Shown: positions 48,941 to 63,451 of the stretch, one piece after another
Numbering within the stretch: position 1 is the stretch's first letter
How the letters are laid out: each line of letters starts with the position of its first letter
DNA from: the human T2T-CHM13v2.0 reference genome, Homo sapiens
Direction: 5' to 3' (one strand)
Assembly (NCBI RefSeq): GCF_009914755.1
Contig: NC_060934.1
Length of the DNA stretch: 64,000 nucleotides
Translations under genes and position numbers: made by a program
Notes under the pieces: generated by a model
Told to the model about the DNA's origin: nothing
What the model saw: the letters and a program-made list of their open reading frames with translations, nothing else
The model's database searches: none

Positions 48941-51766
48941 GCTCTATCCCATGTAGAGCCAAGTCCCTGACCTTGCCTGTGGTGGACACTCTGCGTTTGT
49001 TAAACTGAATAACAACAATCCTCCCTATTGGGAGAAACCTTTTCAGCTTCCCAGGCCATTTCTGCATTTGTGGTTCTCTTCCAAGCCTCTTGGGTAGGCA
49101 TAGAAAGTCTTCTCTGTTTTCCAGGGAAGCTGCAGACTCACCCAGCGTCACCCAGCTGGTAAGGGTGTAGCAGGACAGTGCCAGCATGTCTGTCCCAACT
49201 GTCCCTATGGCCCCTATGGAAGATTAGCTATGTGGTGGCAAAGTGTCCCGAGGAAGGGGCATTCTGGGATGTTCAGGTGCTCGACTGGGCTGGGACTTGT
49301 ACTTTGGAAATGAGAAGAAGCCCAGGCTCAAATCTTTGCCCCACTGCTTGCTGGCAGGAAGACCACTGAGCCTCAGTTTTCTCATCTGTAAAATGGACTT
49401 ATTTTGGACTTACTTCCCAGGTATCCTCAGCACCTTTATTACAGGAGCTCCATTAATACATGGCTGCAGGAGGTAGTTCAGGGAAGCAATGGGAGTGGAA
49501 TGCTGGGTGCATCACGGCCTGGGGTTGTCAGCCTGGCCTCTGCAGGCATCTGAGATATTCCTGAGGGCAGATTCAGCCAGGCCAACACTTCTGGATAGAA
49601 CCACAGGGCCATAAACTGAGACCATTGAGGGAGACTGCTTGGCTTGGAAAACTCGCCCAGGGACCATGTGCTCTGATTTGCAAAATGCACCCCCCAGAGC
49701 GGCTTCCTGCCTTCACTTTGTGCAGAGTTGGGGGCGGCAGGGGCGTGGGGGGTTGGATGGACCATGTCACCCAAAAGTTTGTGTCCTCGGATGGGGAGGG
49801 GAGAGCGTCTGCCCAAGCACAGCCTGGAGGCTTCCCTTACTTCCGATGACCTTGTGGCAGTCAGTGTCACCCGGACAGAGTGTGGCACGCCTTGGGGACC
49901 AGCCCCTCCCAGAAGGATAGGCGCTTGATTGGAAACGTTGACTTTTCATTTAAATAAGTAAAGGTCAAGGCCTACTGCATGGCGAGGAGGAGATGGCTCT
50001 TCCCTGCCTCTGTCCTCCCTTACCCCCGTGTGAGTGGACAAACCCCCCGTCCTCACCCAGGTGGCCCGCTTCTGCCACCCGCACTATATCCAAGACACAG
50101 CCCAGCTTTGCAGGCACTTGCCGTGTGCTCCGCAGTGTGCAGGGTGATGAGATGAACAAGACCATGTGGCCTGAAGGGTCCCACGCTGCAGAGGGCCCCA
50201 GCCCAGGGCCAGACCCCAAGTGTGTGCCTGGAGTGACTCAGGGGTGCGCGAGGAGGACTCAGTGGGATACGGAATGCAGGGGCTGAGGCATAGGGAGTGA
50301 CACAGGGGCTCAGGGCTTTCCCATGAGTCGAGGCTCATTGGGTTGGCAGGGACCACATCTGCCCTGGTCGATGCCCTGCCCATGCAGGCTCTAACGGCAG
50401 AGTTTGGGGATTGGGGCGGGGGATGCAGGGGGCCTGGGGTGGGGAGCTTGGGGGCAGTGGGCCAGGCAAAGCAGAGCCCTTTGCTGTGTTGGAAACCCCT
50501 CAGAGGCCCTAGGCGTGATAAGTGAGTGTGACGCAGGAGAGTCTCGCTGCATGGGCCACCCACAATTGCAGAGAAGACGCCCTGCATGTCATAGGCTTGG
50601 CGGCCCATGCCGGGAATTTGGCATGGCCGTCTTTCCTCCGGTGCTGGGGAGCTCAGCAGCTGGAGGCAGATGCTGGATTGTCTTTCTCTACCGCAGCAGG
50701 GCAGGTAGCTTGTCTTTTAGTTTGTTTTGTTAGTCTCCTGTATCTGTGACTCTGCAGAGAGCCAACGGCAGGAAGAGGGCAGCACCGGCACGTCGGAGGC
50801 CGAGGACGGCTTAGACGGGAGGTCCGGAGGCTCTCAGCCTGACCAGCCCTGGCCTAGGGCCGGGGAAAGGCCTGGGCTTTGGGGTCAAGGGCAGGGGATG
50901 AGATCTCAGACCCACGACCTAACCATTGACCTGCCTGGGCCACTTCACCCCTGCATGCTTCCTTCCCTGTCTGTAAAAGCGGATCACGTGAGGGGCCTTG
51001 CAGGAAGCTCTGAGGCCCAGTGAGGCCCCCGGGAGACAGGCGAGACCGCTGTGAGCGCCCGTCCTTCCCGCCCGGTGCCTGGCAGGTTCCTATGCGCTCT
51101 CGGGGCTTCGGGCTGGGGCCCTGCTGCGGCGAGGGGGGTGCTCCCCAGGCTGGCGCTGTCGGTGGTGTGGCTTTGGCTGACACGAGGTGGAGAGGATCTT
51201 GTTGACCTGACCGTATAAAGTAGCAGTGAGGCCTTACAAGTAGTTCTAGGCCTGGAAAGGAAAGGGAAAGAAAGAGCAATGGAATCTGGTATTTTCTCAG
51301 GTGTCCTGGACTCCATCTGAAAGATTTCGCCATGGGAAACATTCCTTCCTGGGTCCTCGGCGCCTATTGTTACAGCACGCAGGCACCCGGGCTGTGGCCT
51401 AGGGGTGAAACCTCTCTCGATTGTGTGGCCATAGGTGGTTACTTAACTTCTCTGTGCCTCAGCGTTGCCACTGTGTGTGGCGATAGCAACATGTCTTCTT
51501 CCTAAGGTTGTTGGGAAAACACTGATCGCAACAGTGACAGATGCAGGACCCACTCCACCAGAAATTGTTCCATGAGCTTGTTTACCCACCAGACGCCTGT
51601 ATGAGAGAGAACTGACATCGTCCTCACTTTGCAGAGAGGTTAAGTAACTTGCCTAAGGTCACACAGCCTTTGAACCCTGGGAGTCGAACTCCGTCATCTA
51701 TGCTCTGAACCACTCTGCCACATGTGGTGGTTACTGTCAGTTCCATTTGTTTCCACACAGCTTTAA

Positions 51767-52090
<324 letters not shown>

Positions 52091-54466
52091 AGTCTGGTGG
52101 GTGTTTAAACCTTGCTGGCCTTTAGGGGTGCATGCTGTGAAGACCTGTGGGCCAGAGGCCAGGTATCAGGAGGAGACACTCAGGCCTGTTGAATCAGCTC
52201 AGTGCCACAGGGCTGCAAGAGCAGCTGCTTCAGGCTCCTCAGGCCGTGGGCCCCTGAGCACCAGTTCTGCTCTGCTCCCTCAGGGGAACTGGGGAGATCA
52301 AGGTGGGGCCCCTGGACCTCCCCTAATTCAGCCAGAGAAGCTCTCATCTCTTCCGGGGTCCCAGGCAGGATTCCCCTGGGCTGGGGTGGGAGGTTCTGCT
52401 GCTTTAAAACCACTGGAAAGGCTTGAGAACCAGTGATCTTCTGCCCTGTTACAGACGCGGAAGCCGGGGTGGAGCAGGCCTGTAAGGTGGGGGCTGGGGC
52501 CGGCACTGGGTCCCCGGGCTTTTCCACCCCTGCCGCGTGTGCGTGCAGACTGGCCCTGCGGTCCATGGGCTTGGGCCTGCCTTTTGGCTTGCTCCCGAGT
52601 ATTTTGCCCAGAGGCCTTGTGGCTTTCAGGGATGCTGTCTGGGGCTGGAAGTCAGTCCTTGTTTTGTCCTGGCAGTAGTCAGCAGGAGGGAGAAGAAGGG
52701 GTTAACCTGTCTGGAACCAGGAAAGAGGAAGCGGTAGTGTTCCCGCATGCAGTCCCAAATAGACTCCTGCTCCTGCTCCGAGGCCACCCCAGCCAGGCTG
52801 GATGGAAGCTCCCCGGCTGGGCCATTGTTCCGGCCCCTCTCCCTCCACCCTGAGAAAGCCCCCAGTCCGGTGGGTCAGGGCAGGACATGGACAGGCCAAG
52901 GCTTTGGGCTCCAGGGAGGCCAAGCTGCTGGGGCCCAGAGACCCTGCTGTGTATCCCAGAGCCAGAGAAGGACCTCCCTGAGGGCTCTGTGAGCCAGAGG
53001 GCTGGGGGATGTCAAGAGACAGGCAGGGCAGGGCTGCAAGGTTAGAGTGAGGGGAGGGGTACCTGGTGCCATTTTGGAAGGGACCCCTGAAGGCAGGAAG
53101 CAGGACAGACCCCCCGCCATTGGCAGAAGACCTCTGGAATCCTGAGATACTTAAATTCCCTGCGGCAGCTCCAAGCCTAGGGAACCAGACAGATCGGGGA
53201 GGATTGGCTAGAACAGTGCATCCTGGTGGGTCGTGTTGGAAGCTCTCTGAGGTCCCTCTGCTGCTGAGAGATGAAGGAATGGAGCCCTGGCTCTGCTGTG
53301 GGATGCCAGGCTGCCCAGGCTCCCCGACCTCTCCAGCAACAAAAATCATAAACACAGCATATGTAATATATAAATAATAAAAGTAACAGCCATCTTTTCA
53401 GAATAATCTAGCACTTAGAATGTGCTAGGGAACATACAAGCACTTTTCTCCTTATTTACAGTAAGCCTTAAGGTAAATTTCATCATCTCCAGATTTTAAG
53501 TAAAGAATTTGAGAATCAGAGACATTCACAGCAACCTGGTGCACCCGGAGCCTGGCTGACCCCAGCACCGCTGCTGGCGGCCCCACCTCGCTCGCCCAGT
53601 CTCCCTGCTTCCCCAGCCACCATCCAGCTACCTCGAGAGATCCTGGGAGCATGGTGATTGTGGGGTGCATGGGGGCCCGTGAGCTGTTGGGGGTGTCAGG
53701 GTTCTGCCCGTGAGATCCTCCTTGTTGCCAGACATGAGGACCTGGACTGGCAGCTGTGGGTGGCCTCATGAATCAGGGATCAGAGATAGCGGGCAGCAGG
53801 CGGGCCCAGCCCGGAGCAAGCTGTGCCATTGGCGATGCGGGGAGGCTGGCCCCATCGAAGGCTGGTGGGACTGGTGGAGACTCCTGTCCACTGCTCAGCA
53901 CTAGGCCTGCAGCAGACACCATGAGCCCCAAACTTCCCAAAGCCCTTCCCCAGTCCCACAAGATGGTGTCTGCGGACCGTGCTCGTGAGAGATGGCAGCC
54001 AGGCAGTCCCCACAGGGCACCCATTTTCAGCTGCCCCCGCTTCTCAGACAAGGAAACTGAGGCCAGAAAGCCAGGTGGCCCAGGAGCTGGCTTCCCCATT
54101 TCCTGCTCCTGTGGGCCCCACTGCAGTGCCCATGGGCCGGGCTGATATTACCCGAGACTTCGGAGCTCTCACGGGTGCGAGTAATTTAGGCTGCATGGAC
54201 ACAAGCTGCTGGCTTGAGTCGCCCCGTTATGAATGTGTGTGGGTCTGTGCCCCTTTCATGTGCTGCCACAGGGCCCACGAGTGTGCTGAAAGGGAAGGAC
54301 ACGGCCAAGGGGCCATGGTGGACAGGAGACCTTCTTGGGGGTTCGGTGGTGTCCTTGACCCCACTCTGACTGAGCACTGCCCCAAGGCACTGCCATTCCA
54401 GGCCCCCTTCCCTGAGCCTCCCACCCCAGGCCCACCCACCTGCTGGGTCCTCCCACCTGCGGGGCC

Positions 54467-54627
54467 CGCCATGCGGGGTCACCATGCGAGTCTCACCATG
54501 CAGGGTCACCACACGAGTCTCACCATGCAGGGTCACCACGCGAGTCTCACCATGCAGGGTCACCATGCGGGGTCACCATGCAGGGTCACCATGTGGGGTC
54601 ACCATGCGGGGCTCACCATGTGGGGCT
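54467..54627. repeat. Tandem repeat, ~12 x 13/14 bp (CACCATGCAGGGT / CACCAYRCGAGTCT)
   Basis: Direct reading; includes three copies of a 27-bp dimer. Confidence 0.9.
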
Positions 54628-55736
54628 TCAGGAGCTTGCTGAGCACCCTCCCCACCCACGGTCACTCTCCCTGGGGTCTGTAAGCCTCCCTGGGCCTGAG
54701 CAGCTCCCAGCCTTGCTGCTGCCTTTCCACTTCCTGGCAGTGAGGTCTCCTGGGTGCCTTCTCTCAGCCCTTTGGGATGTTTTTTGTGAGGAAGGGAGGC
54801 TTTGATGCTGTGGAGCATCTGTAGTGCCCACTCCAGTGGCTTCACAGGAGCAGCAGGCTGTTTGTTCTGAGCTGTTCCACCTTGTGCCTGCCAGAGGGGA
54901 GATAGTGGACAGGCCTCCCTCCCCCCAAGTGGTGGGGTGGACCCCCTGCCCGCTGTGGCCCCATACCTGGGGGCCACACACCACTGCCCTGGGCCGTGCA
55001 GCTGCTATGAAGAGTGTGCTGCTGAGACCCTGGAAGAGACGGAGGATGAAATTGTGTTGCCAGATAGTCCATTTGTTGTTCTGAGACTCGCATGCCTGGG
55101 AGAATCCTGGGAATTAACTAGCTCCTTCTCTCCCATCCCATTTTACAGAAAAGTGAGACCCAAGGTGGTTTCTGACTTGCCCAGAGGTCATAACTGCTTG
55201 GACAGTCATGGTCCTCAGAGCCCACGTTTGCTGACCAGTGCAGGCTCTCACAGCCACTCAGCTCCTGCAGCCGTGGCGTGGCAGAGGAGGGAAGCACTTC
55301 CTGGGATTTATGCTGCCTCCCTGACATTTCAAGGCCCTTCATTTCTCTAAATATTGGAGGGGTTGAATTATTTTTAGTTGAGCCTCAAGGGATCAGAGAA
55401 TAAGCTTGCAGCAACGTTGGCAGATGGGCTTCTTCTAGCAGAGAGTGGTTATTCGGGGCCTCTTATTGAGAGAATCGGGTGATTTGAGGAAATCTGGGGT
55501 GTCCTGAGGCATACCAGAGGACCCCCAAGTTTTTCCTGTGGCTCGTCTGCCATCAGGAAACCAAAATGACTCCCCTCGTCCTGAGCTCTCCAGGGTGTGG
55601 ACCTGGAATGCTTAAGGGGAGGCAATGGCATATCTTTAAGATGAGCACAGCTCCGGAGCCACTCGAGCACCCAAGGCCACGTCCTGCTCAGGGCACTTCG
55701 GGCCTCAGTTTCCTTATCTTTAAAATGGATAGAGTT

Positions 55737-56327
<591 letters not shown>

Positions 56328-56710
56328 CTACCACCTACGGCTGGGGAGACCAGAATGAGATATCCTGCCAAAAGCACTCACCGCACTTCCTGGCACACAG
56401 CAAGGGTTCAGCAGTTACCCGCTTCTGCTCATTTTCTTGGTGTTCTCATCAGTATGATTATTTAGGGAAACTTGGGTCCCCAGATAACCGTGGGGAGGGG
56501 AGGGTTTACCTGCAGGTGCCCTGGCCCAGCCGTTCATGCAGCGCCGTGCTGTTTCTGTGTCTGTGCGCCTCGGTGGAGATGCTGTGGGTGGGTGGGCAGG
56601 TGTGCCTTGTGCTGTGGCCTCCCGAGACAAGTAGGGCTCCCACCTAAGCAGGGTCCTGCAGCCCAGGCACATAGCCCTGCCCTGGCCCTCCAGGTCCACA
56701 CGGCTGTGGG

Positions 56711-56729
56711 TTCCCACCAGGGGGCGGCA
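56711..56729 (+). promoter_or_regulatory. Candidate CTCF binding site
   Basis: TTCCCACCAGGGGGCGGCA matches the CTCF core CCACCAGGGGGCG. Motif only; no occupancy data. Confidence 0.6.
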
Positions 56730-59700
56730 GGGACTTGCGGCCGGGGACCCAGCCTGGTTTCTCCCGCTTTGCTTCGTGGCCAGGCTAGGGCCAGGGGGGC
56801 TGCGCAGGATGGGGCCTTTTCACCACTGCCTGGAGCCGCTCGCCCACCAACCCCACTGACGGCTCTCAGTTTCCCTTTCCCCGAGCGCCCTTCACCCTGA
56901 GGCACAGCACAGCCTCGTGCTCCTGGCCCCACTGGCCTGCTCCCTTAAGCTGAGTTTTGCCTTTGCAGTTTGAGTGACATTTTTGCTGGGGATCCGGGGC
57001 TGCTCGGGGTGGCCTCGCACACCCCTGCACTTTGGCTGCCTGGAACGTGGCTTGGGGTTCACGGTGCTCCATGGTTTGACTCACAGGCAGGGTTCCAGCA
57101 GCAGCAGAGAGAAAGAGCATCTTCTCCAGCCGGCCCTACAGAGGCCCCGGGACCCCAAAGGCTGCACTGAGGTGGCCACCAAAACCAGGGGGCAGAGTCC
57201 TCCTAAGTTCTGGCCCTAGATCTAGGCTCCAGATCTCCCGGGAGTTGGATCCAGAGGAACCTGGGCTCACTTCTTTAGCAGGTTCTGGACACACGATGCC
57301 TTTAGGGGCTCAAGAAAATGTTTAATTTATTTTAAAATTAGAAGGAAAATATCTCTGGAACATTTAGGGCCAAAGAAAATGTTTTAATGTTTTTTCTCAC
57401 TTTAGAAATAATAATTCAAAAATCCATTAAATTATTTAACAGCTTTTTTAATGGAGGAAGGGGCCCCCCAAATCACAAAGTGGCCCTGGGCCCTGGGATG
57501 GCCGGGTGAGAGCCTGCCATACCCACGCAGTGTGCCTGAGTCCTGGAGTGCGATGTATTCTGAGCCACCCAGAATGGTGAGTCACCAAGAGGCAGCTTGG
57601 AGGTGGGCCGCTGCCCCTGCACACTGTGCTTGGGGGACACAGCCGACACGACCAGCCTGCAGTACCAGGATAGACAATTTGGGCTGGAGCCAAACTTGAT
57701 CAGAGGGAGGCTGACTTTATCGAGGGCTGCTTTGTGGCGGGCGTTCATTGTGGAAAGAGCCCAGGAAGGAGCTCTCTGCCTTGCAAGAACATTGCCTGTG
57801 GCTCAAAATGGCCACATGGGATGCAGTTCCTGAGGTGGCAGAAGAGCCAGCCTCTGCTAGCCCCAGACCTAACGGAGGTGCGGCTCATGGCCACCCTGAG
57901 GAATTCCACCTGGGCGTTTGGTGTCCCTAGCATATCTCGAATGGCAGGCTGAGGCTCGAAAGTCTCATGCCTGTCTGCAGGACCCCCGCGTGAGCCTGGG
58001 ACCACCCGTGGGGACAGTGTGTGTCTAGGCAAATGCCTTGGGCACTCGAGGGGGCACTGAGGCCCTGGAGGGCTTCTGTGGGTGGGAGTTCCCATGACGT
58101 CATCCCTCAGTACAAGCTACGAGGGCTTCTTAGAACACGCTGGACACTGGGGAGGGCTCTAATGGTATTTGCACAAATTTGCAATGTTGGAGACCAGAGT
58201 GGAGTGGGCTGGGCGGGCCAGGCCCCGGCCCAGATGGGGTGACCTTTCCTTCACCCCTACTTCCCCACTGCAAGGGTGCTGCCTCCCCAGCTCCTACCTG
58301 GGGAGATGCTGACATCTGGTCATTCGCAGAGTGCCCTGTGCCCACATGCTGTCCCTGTCCAGACATGAAACGGACAGCAGGAGGGGGCTTTGAGGGGTCT
58401 CTCCTGAGACACCTCTCGAGCTGAGGCTCCTGGAGTTGGAAGCCCCTGCAGACTCGGTGGCTGCCTCACCAAAGGCTCCATCTGCATTTGCCCCCATGAC
58501 CTTCCCACTGTGCCTGGGACCGCAGTTAGAGCTGACCAGCACCTGGGGCAGTCTGGGGTCTGGGGCTGGCGTTCGGGCCAGCATGGAACACAGATGCCTT
58601 CAGTGGCTCTGGTGGGCACGGGGCTTGCACAGATCGGACTGTGACCCCAGGCTGTGGGACTCAGCCACCAAGCGCCTTCACTTATTTACTGACCTTGAAG
58701 TTATCCAGCACTTATGTGTTTACAGATACCTGCACAACAGCCAGAGAGGTACGAATACATCTCCACCTACAGGTGAGGGCACAGAGAGGTTAGGACCCAC
58801 CTGAGGGGATGCAGCCAGCAGGTGGGACTTGGGCCCTGGCAGTCTGTTTCCAGCCTGTGTGCTCAGGTCCAGGGTCTCCCTGGGACTGGAGAGGGCGCTG
58901 GGGGAATGGAGCCGCCTCCTGCATCAGAGCTTCTCCTGCTCCAGTTCAGCCTGCAGCTCTCCTGCATCCCCAGGTGGGGACCAGAGAGAGGGGCAGGCTG
59001 GTACCAGCCTGGGGGAGGGGGCAGTTACCAGAAGACCTTGGTCCCCATCCCAGCCCTGTGCACCCTGGGGCCCAGCCAGGCTGGAGGCCCATTTTTCCCA
59101 GAAGCCCACCTCTCTGCCTCCTTCCAGGGGCTCACCCCGCCCTGCTGCCTCTTCTTGATCGCCTCCTTGCCCCTACTCTCCCCTCTGCCCTCTCGCCTCC
59201 CCTCACGTTCATGGGGTTTTGTGGACGTGCCTGCCTGCCTTTCATCAGTGGTGTCCAGCCGTCTCCCTGACCGAGGCTGAGGGTCCTGCACATCTAGGCC
59301 CCGTCACAGTCGTTCTCCCCGGTCCCTGCCTGCCCATGGCTCTTGCCACAGTGGGGATGCAGCAGCTCTGGGTTGAGTGTCTGTCGTTGCCCCTGCACTG
59401 AGTGTGCCCTGTGAGTGGGGGCTGCTGTGCCGCACCTCACTGCCACCCATGCCCATCTCAGGGTGTGGGCCCAGCGGGTCCTCAGGCTGTACCTGTCAGG
59501 GGGCTGGATACCTGGACAGGGCCTTGTCCGAGGGTTGACTGGGAGAGAAAATGCCCCCGTTCCAGCTCGGGCAGTACAAGCCTTCATCCTCCCAGACTCC
59601 ACCTCCCTGGCTGCTCCTTCCTGTATGGCCCCCACAGGGGTTGGCAGGGCGCACTCCCCAGAGGGACAGGAGTTTGTGGCCAACCTGAGGGTAGACACTG

Positions 59701-62700
59701 CCTGTCCTCCAGACCCCTAGACACCCCCGGTCGGCCCAGGTGCGGGGTCTGCCCGCATCCCACAGCCATCTTTCCAGCGAGGACAGTGCAGGCGCAGGTG
59801 GCTGTACCGTGGCTGCGGTGATGTGCTGACTGGGAACGGCAGAGGTGCCCTGGGAAGGCGGAGGTCTGGGAGCCCCACAAGGGCTGAGCCTTGGGGCCTC
59901 AAAACAGGGAGTCTTTTCTGGGCTCAGGGCCTTTCTGGAGATGGGACTTCTAGGTTGCCAGGGCCACTAGCCGTGAGGAGTTCAGCTGCCCATGGTGGCG
60001 GCGGCTGGGCTGTATCTTGCACTTCTCAGCTGTGTGGAGGGGTCCGTGGGGCCTGTCTGGGCCCAGCACAGCAGCGCACAGAAAAGCCACTTTATATATT
60101 TGGGATTCTATTAATCCTTCTAGTTTGTACATTTTTTATGGCACCTTCAATTTTTTTCTTTTAAAAATTAATGTATTTTTTTTCTGATAATATAAGAAAT
60201 GCATGCCTTCTTTGGAAAATACAGAAAATCACAAAGAAAATAATCCACAATCCCACCTTCCAAAAGGAACCACAGTTAGCATTTTGTTCAGCCTGTTTTT
60301 TAAAAAACAAACAAACAAAAAATGCATACTAAAAGCAACGATTTATAAACTGTGGTTGTAGAGTTAAGCTCATACCCAGAGTTGCCGGCATCTCACCAGT
60401 TCCTCTCCTGGGACAGTGATTGTGCCTTCCCAGAGCTGCCGCACCCTGGCCTCGCAGCCAAGCCTGGTGACAGCAGTGGGGTGACCCTGCGAGGCCCCTC
60501 GGATGGCTGATGCTGAGAGCCCAGCAGAGCTGGAGGGGGTAGGGGCAGCCTCCCCAGGACTGATCTGACAGACGGGTATGTGCCTCACCCGGCATCACCC
60601 ACCGGGGAGGCCTCCGTCCGCCCCCATGCAGAGTCATGCTGGGTCCCCCCATCTCGTGTCTTCTGGGGAATGGAGCGGAAGACCTCCCCTCTCTGGAACC
60701 AGGGGTGGGAGGGACTGTGCTCCCCAGAATGAATATTCCTTGGCTGTGGGTGAGCCTGCCAGCCCAGAGTCCCCGGGGGTCAGGAGCAGACTGGCAGGGG
60801 CCATGGCAACGACTGGGACACCTGGGGAGCCAGGTGTCCAGGCAGGCTCCAGTGTCCACTCCCAACAAGTATGGGGCATTGAGATCCTGGGTGGATCACA
60901 GGGGAGCAGGCGTGCTCAAGCTGACACAGCCCAAGCTGTCTTTATTACCACCAGACCCGAATCCACCTCTGGGCCAACAGTCTCACCCTGCAGGAGGCCT
61001 GGCACCTGTGTTTGTATTTTATCACCATGAGGTTGTGTGGGCTGCTGAGAGCGTGTGCAGAGCTCTGGGCACAAGCCTCGGCTCTGTGGCCGGCTGAGTG
61101 GCCGGGCCTCGGTGTTCTCGTCTCTGAAGTGGGGAGAAGGCTGCCCCCGTCACGGGACCTCACAGTGTTAGATGAGATTGCAGATGCGATGAGGTGGGGG
61201 CCCAGCAGGCCTGCTCAGGGCGTGGCTGTCCCTCCTGGTGCAGACACCATCACGTGGAAGGCGATCACATCGAGTGTTCTGGCCACTGTGGCGCGAGTGC
61301 ATATGTGCGCAGGGCTGTGCATGGGCGGCCTGGGTTGGGCTTCCTTTCTCGGCTTGTCTGGGAGGACGGTGGCTCCCAGTGGGTGTCTCCCTGTCTCTGC
61401 CCCACTCTGAGGATGTGGGTGCTTTGAGCTGAGTGAAGGAGGAACTTCTCTAGGAGAGAGCTCTGCCTGCCACCTCCCTGGTGCCCCCGCCCCCAGAGCA
61501 GAGCTGTCCTTACAGGGCCACAGCCTCTGCTGGCCCCGAAGCCCCTTTGCAGTGAAGGGGGGCTCCTGTGTGCGGCTCCCTCCAGATGGACAAAAACCAG
61601 GTTTGGATGCCGGGGCCTCGGCTGAGTCCCTCGCTTCTCTAAGCATTCCTTTCCTCGTCTGGAAAGTGGGGGTGTAGTATTGTGCGAACCTCCCAGGCCA
61701 TCCCAGGATGAACTGAGATCATGCCCATAACATAGACTTCCGCCTGGTCCCTGCTCAGAGCTCCCCGAATGGTCATTGCCACATCTAAACAAATTTTTCT
61801 TTCAGCTGGGGGTGCTGGCGGCCCCTGCAGCGGTGCCCACGGCAGCCCATGCACCCAGGCAGGAAGCTGCTTTGTGCAGGAGGGTCTTTGTGCAGGGGCA
61901 GTGTGGGCGAGCCTGGCAGCCTCCTGAGCGGCAGGACTATGCAGGCGCCTTATTGAGCTGTCAGCGGCTGGCAGCTGCTCCCAGGTAGCAGGAAGAAGGG
62001 CCGAGCTCCACGTGGGCATGAAAGGCCCAGCGGGTGTGTCAGGGGGCGGGGTGGGGTGGAAGTGTTAGTGCGAATGTGAGTGTGTGTGCACGCTTGCAGG
62101 ATAAAGATGAGTTTTTAAAATGTGTCTCCTGTGGTTTTTGATTTTTTTAATCTTTCCCAAAATCAATACAAACAAACCACAGGCATAATTTGGGTCTGTA
62201 AAGGCCGACGCTGTCATTCTGCTGCAAGAGGGAGGGAAGTTCAGTTGGGGGGAAAATGCAGCGCTTTTGCTGTCATTAAGTCCAATGGTGGCTGGCAACA
62301 GTCACGGCGCTGGTGGAGCTCAGAGCAGAGGTGGGAGGGGTGGTATTGACCAGGCGTGTGTGTTTCCGGTGTGTGATGTGAGAACCCAGGGCTCGCTGGG
62401 ATGCTGTCCTCCCTCCCTCCCTCCCTCTGCCAAGCTGGTGGGAAGGCCCTTGCCAAAGCGCACAAGACCCCTTCACACAGCAGGGGCACAAGCTCTTCGA
62501 GGCAGAGTCGCCTGCAGGTGGGGTGGAAGGGGTGCGCCCCAGACCCAAGAATCGCCCGCCTCTCCAAGACCATCCCTGGCTGCTGGTGAGCAGGGTAGGA
62601 GGGTTGTTGGCACCTGCTGTGGCCGGGGCCGTGCCAGGTCTGTACACATTGTGCTCTTTGCTGGGTGGCAGCCACCACGTATTCTCAAGGGCCTGTGCTA

Positions 62701-62768
62701 GGCCTCTGGCGGGCCCTGGGTTGTTCCCTTCCTTATGAGCTCCCATTATTAACTAAAGAAGACACTGA

Positions 62769-63103
<335 letters not shown>

Positions 63104-63416
63104 CTCATGCGGTTGTATCTTGGTGGGTAAGGCAGGTCTTTCTATGACCCACCTGCCAGCCTCATCATCCGTGCTCCCCACCTCACCATGCATGCTTCTC
63201 TTGCTGTTTGTCCACAGGCGTACTTACTTTGTTTTATATCAGTTTTTAGATACAAAAATAGTACAGGTAGAATTCGGTATTCTACATTTTCAGGGAATAT
63301 CACATCACACACACGCTGCTCTTTCACTATGGTTTTCATGTTTTCTGCACCTCTCCCGCTCTTAACCCGCCTCCCACCCAGATTTAGCTCTGTTAACCCT
63401 TCAGGCTTCTTTTTCT

Positions 63417-63451
63417 GCACACACACACGCACACGCGCGCACACACACACA
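63417..63451. repeat. (CA)n/(CG)n alternating purine-pyrimidine tract
   Basis: gcacacacacacgcacacgcgcgcacacacaca. Confidence 0.8.

Noticed and set aside
53979-54683. 234-aa ORF with HHASLTMQG repeats
   Set aside because: Kept open by the 27-bp repeat period; no gene context.
57300-57390. Imperfect direct repeat tttaggg..aagaaaatgttt..aat
   Set aside because: Probably part of a degraded transposon that I could not assign; too weak to call.
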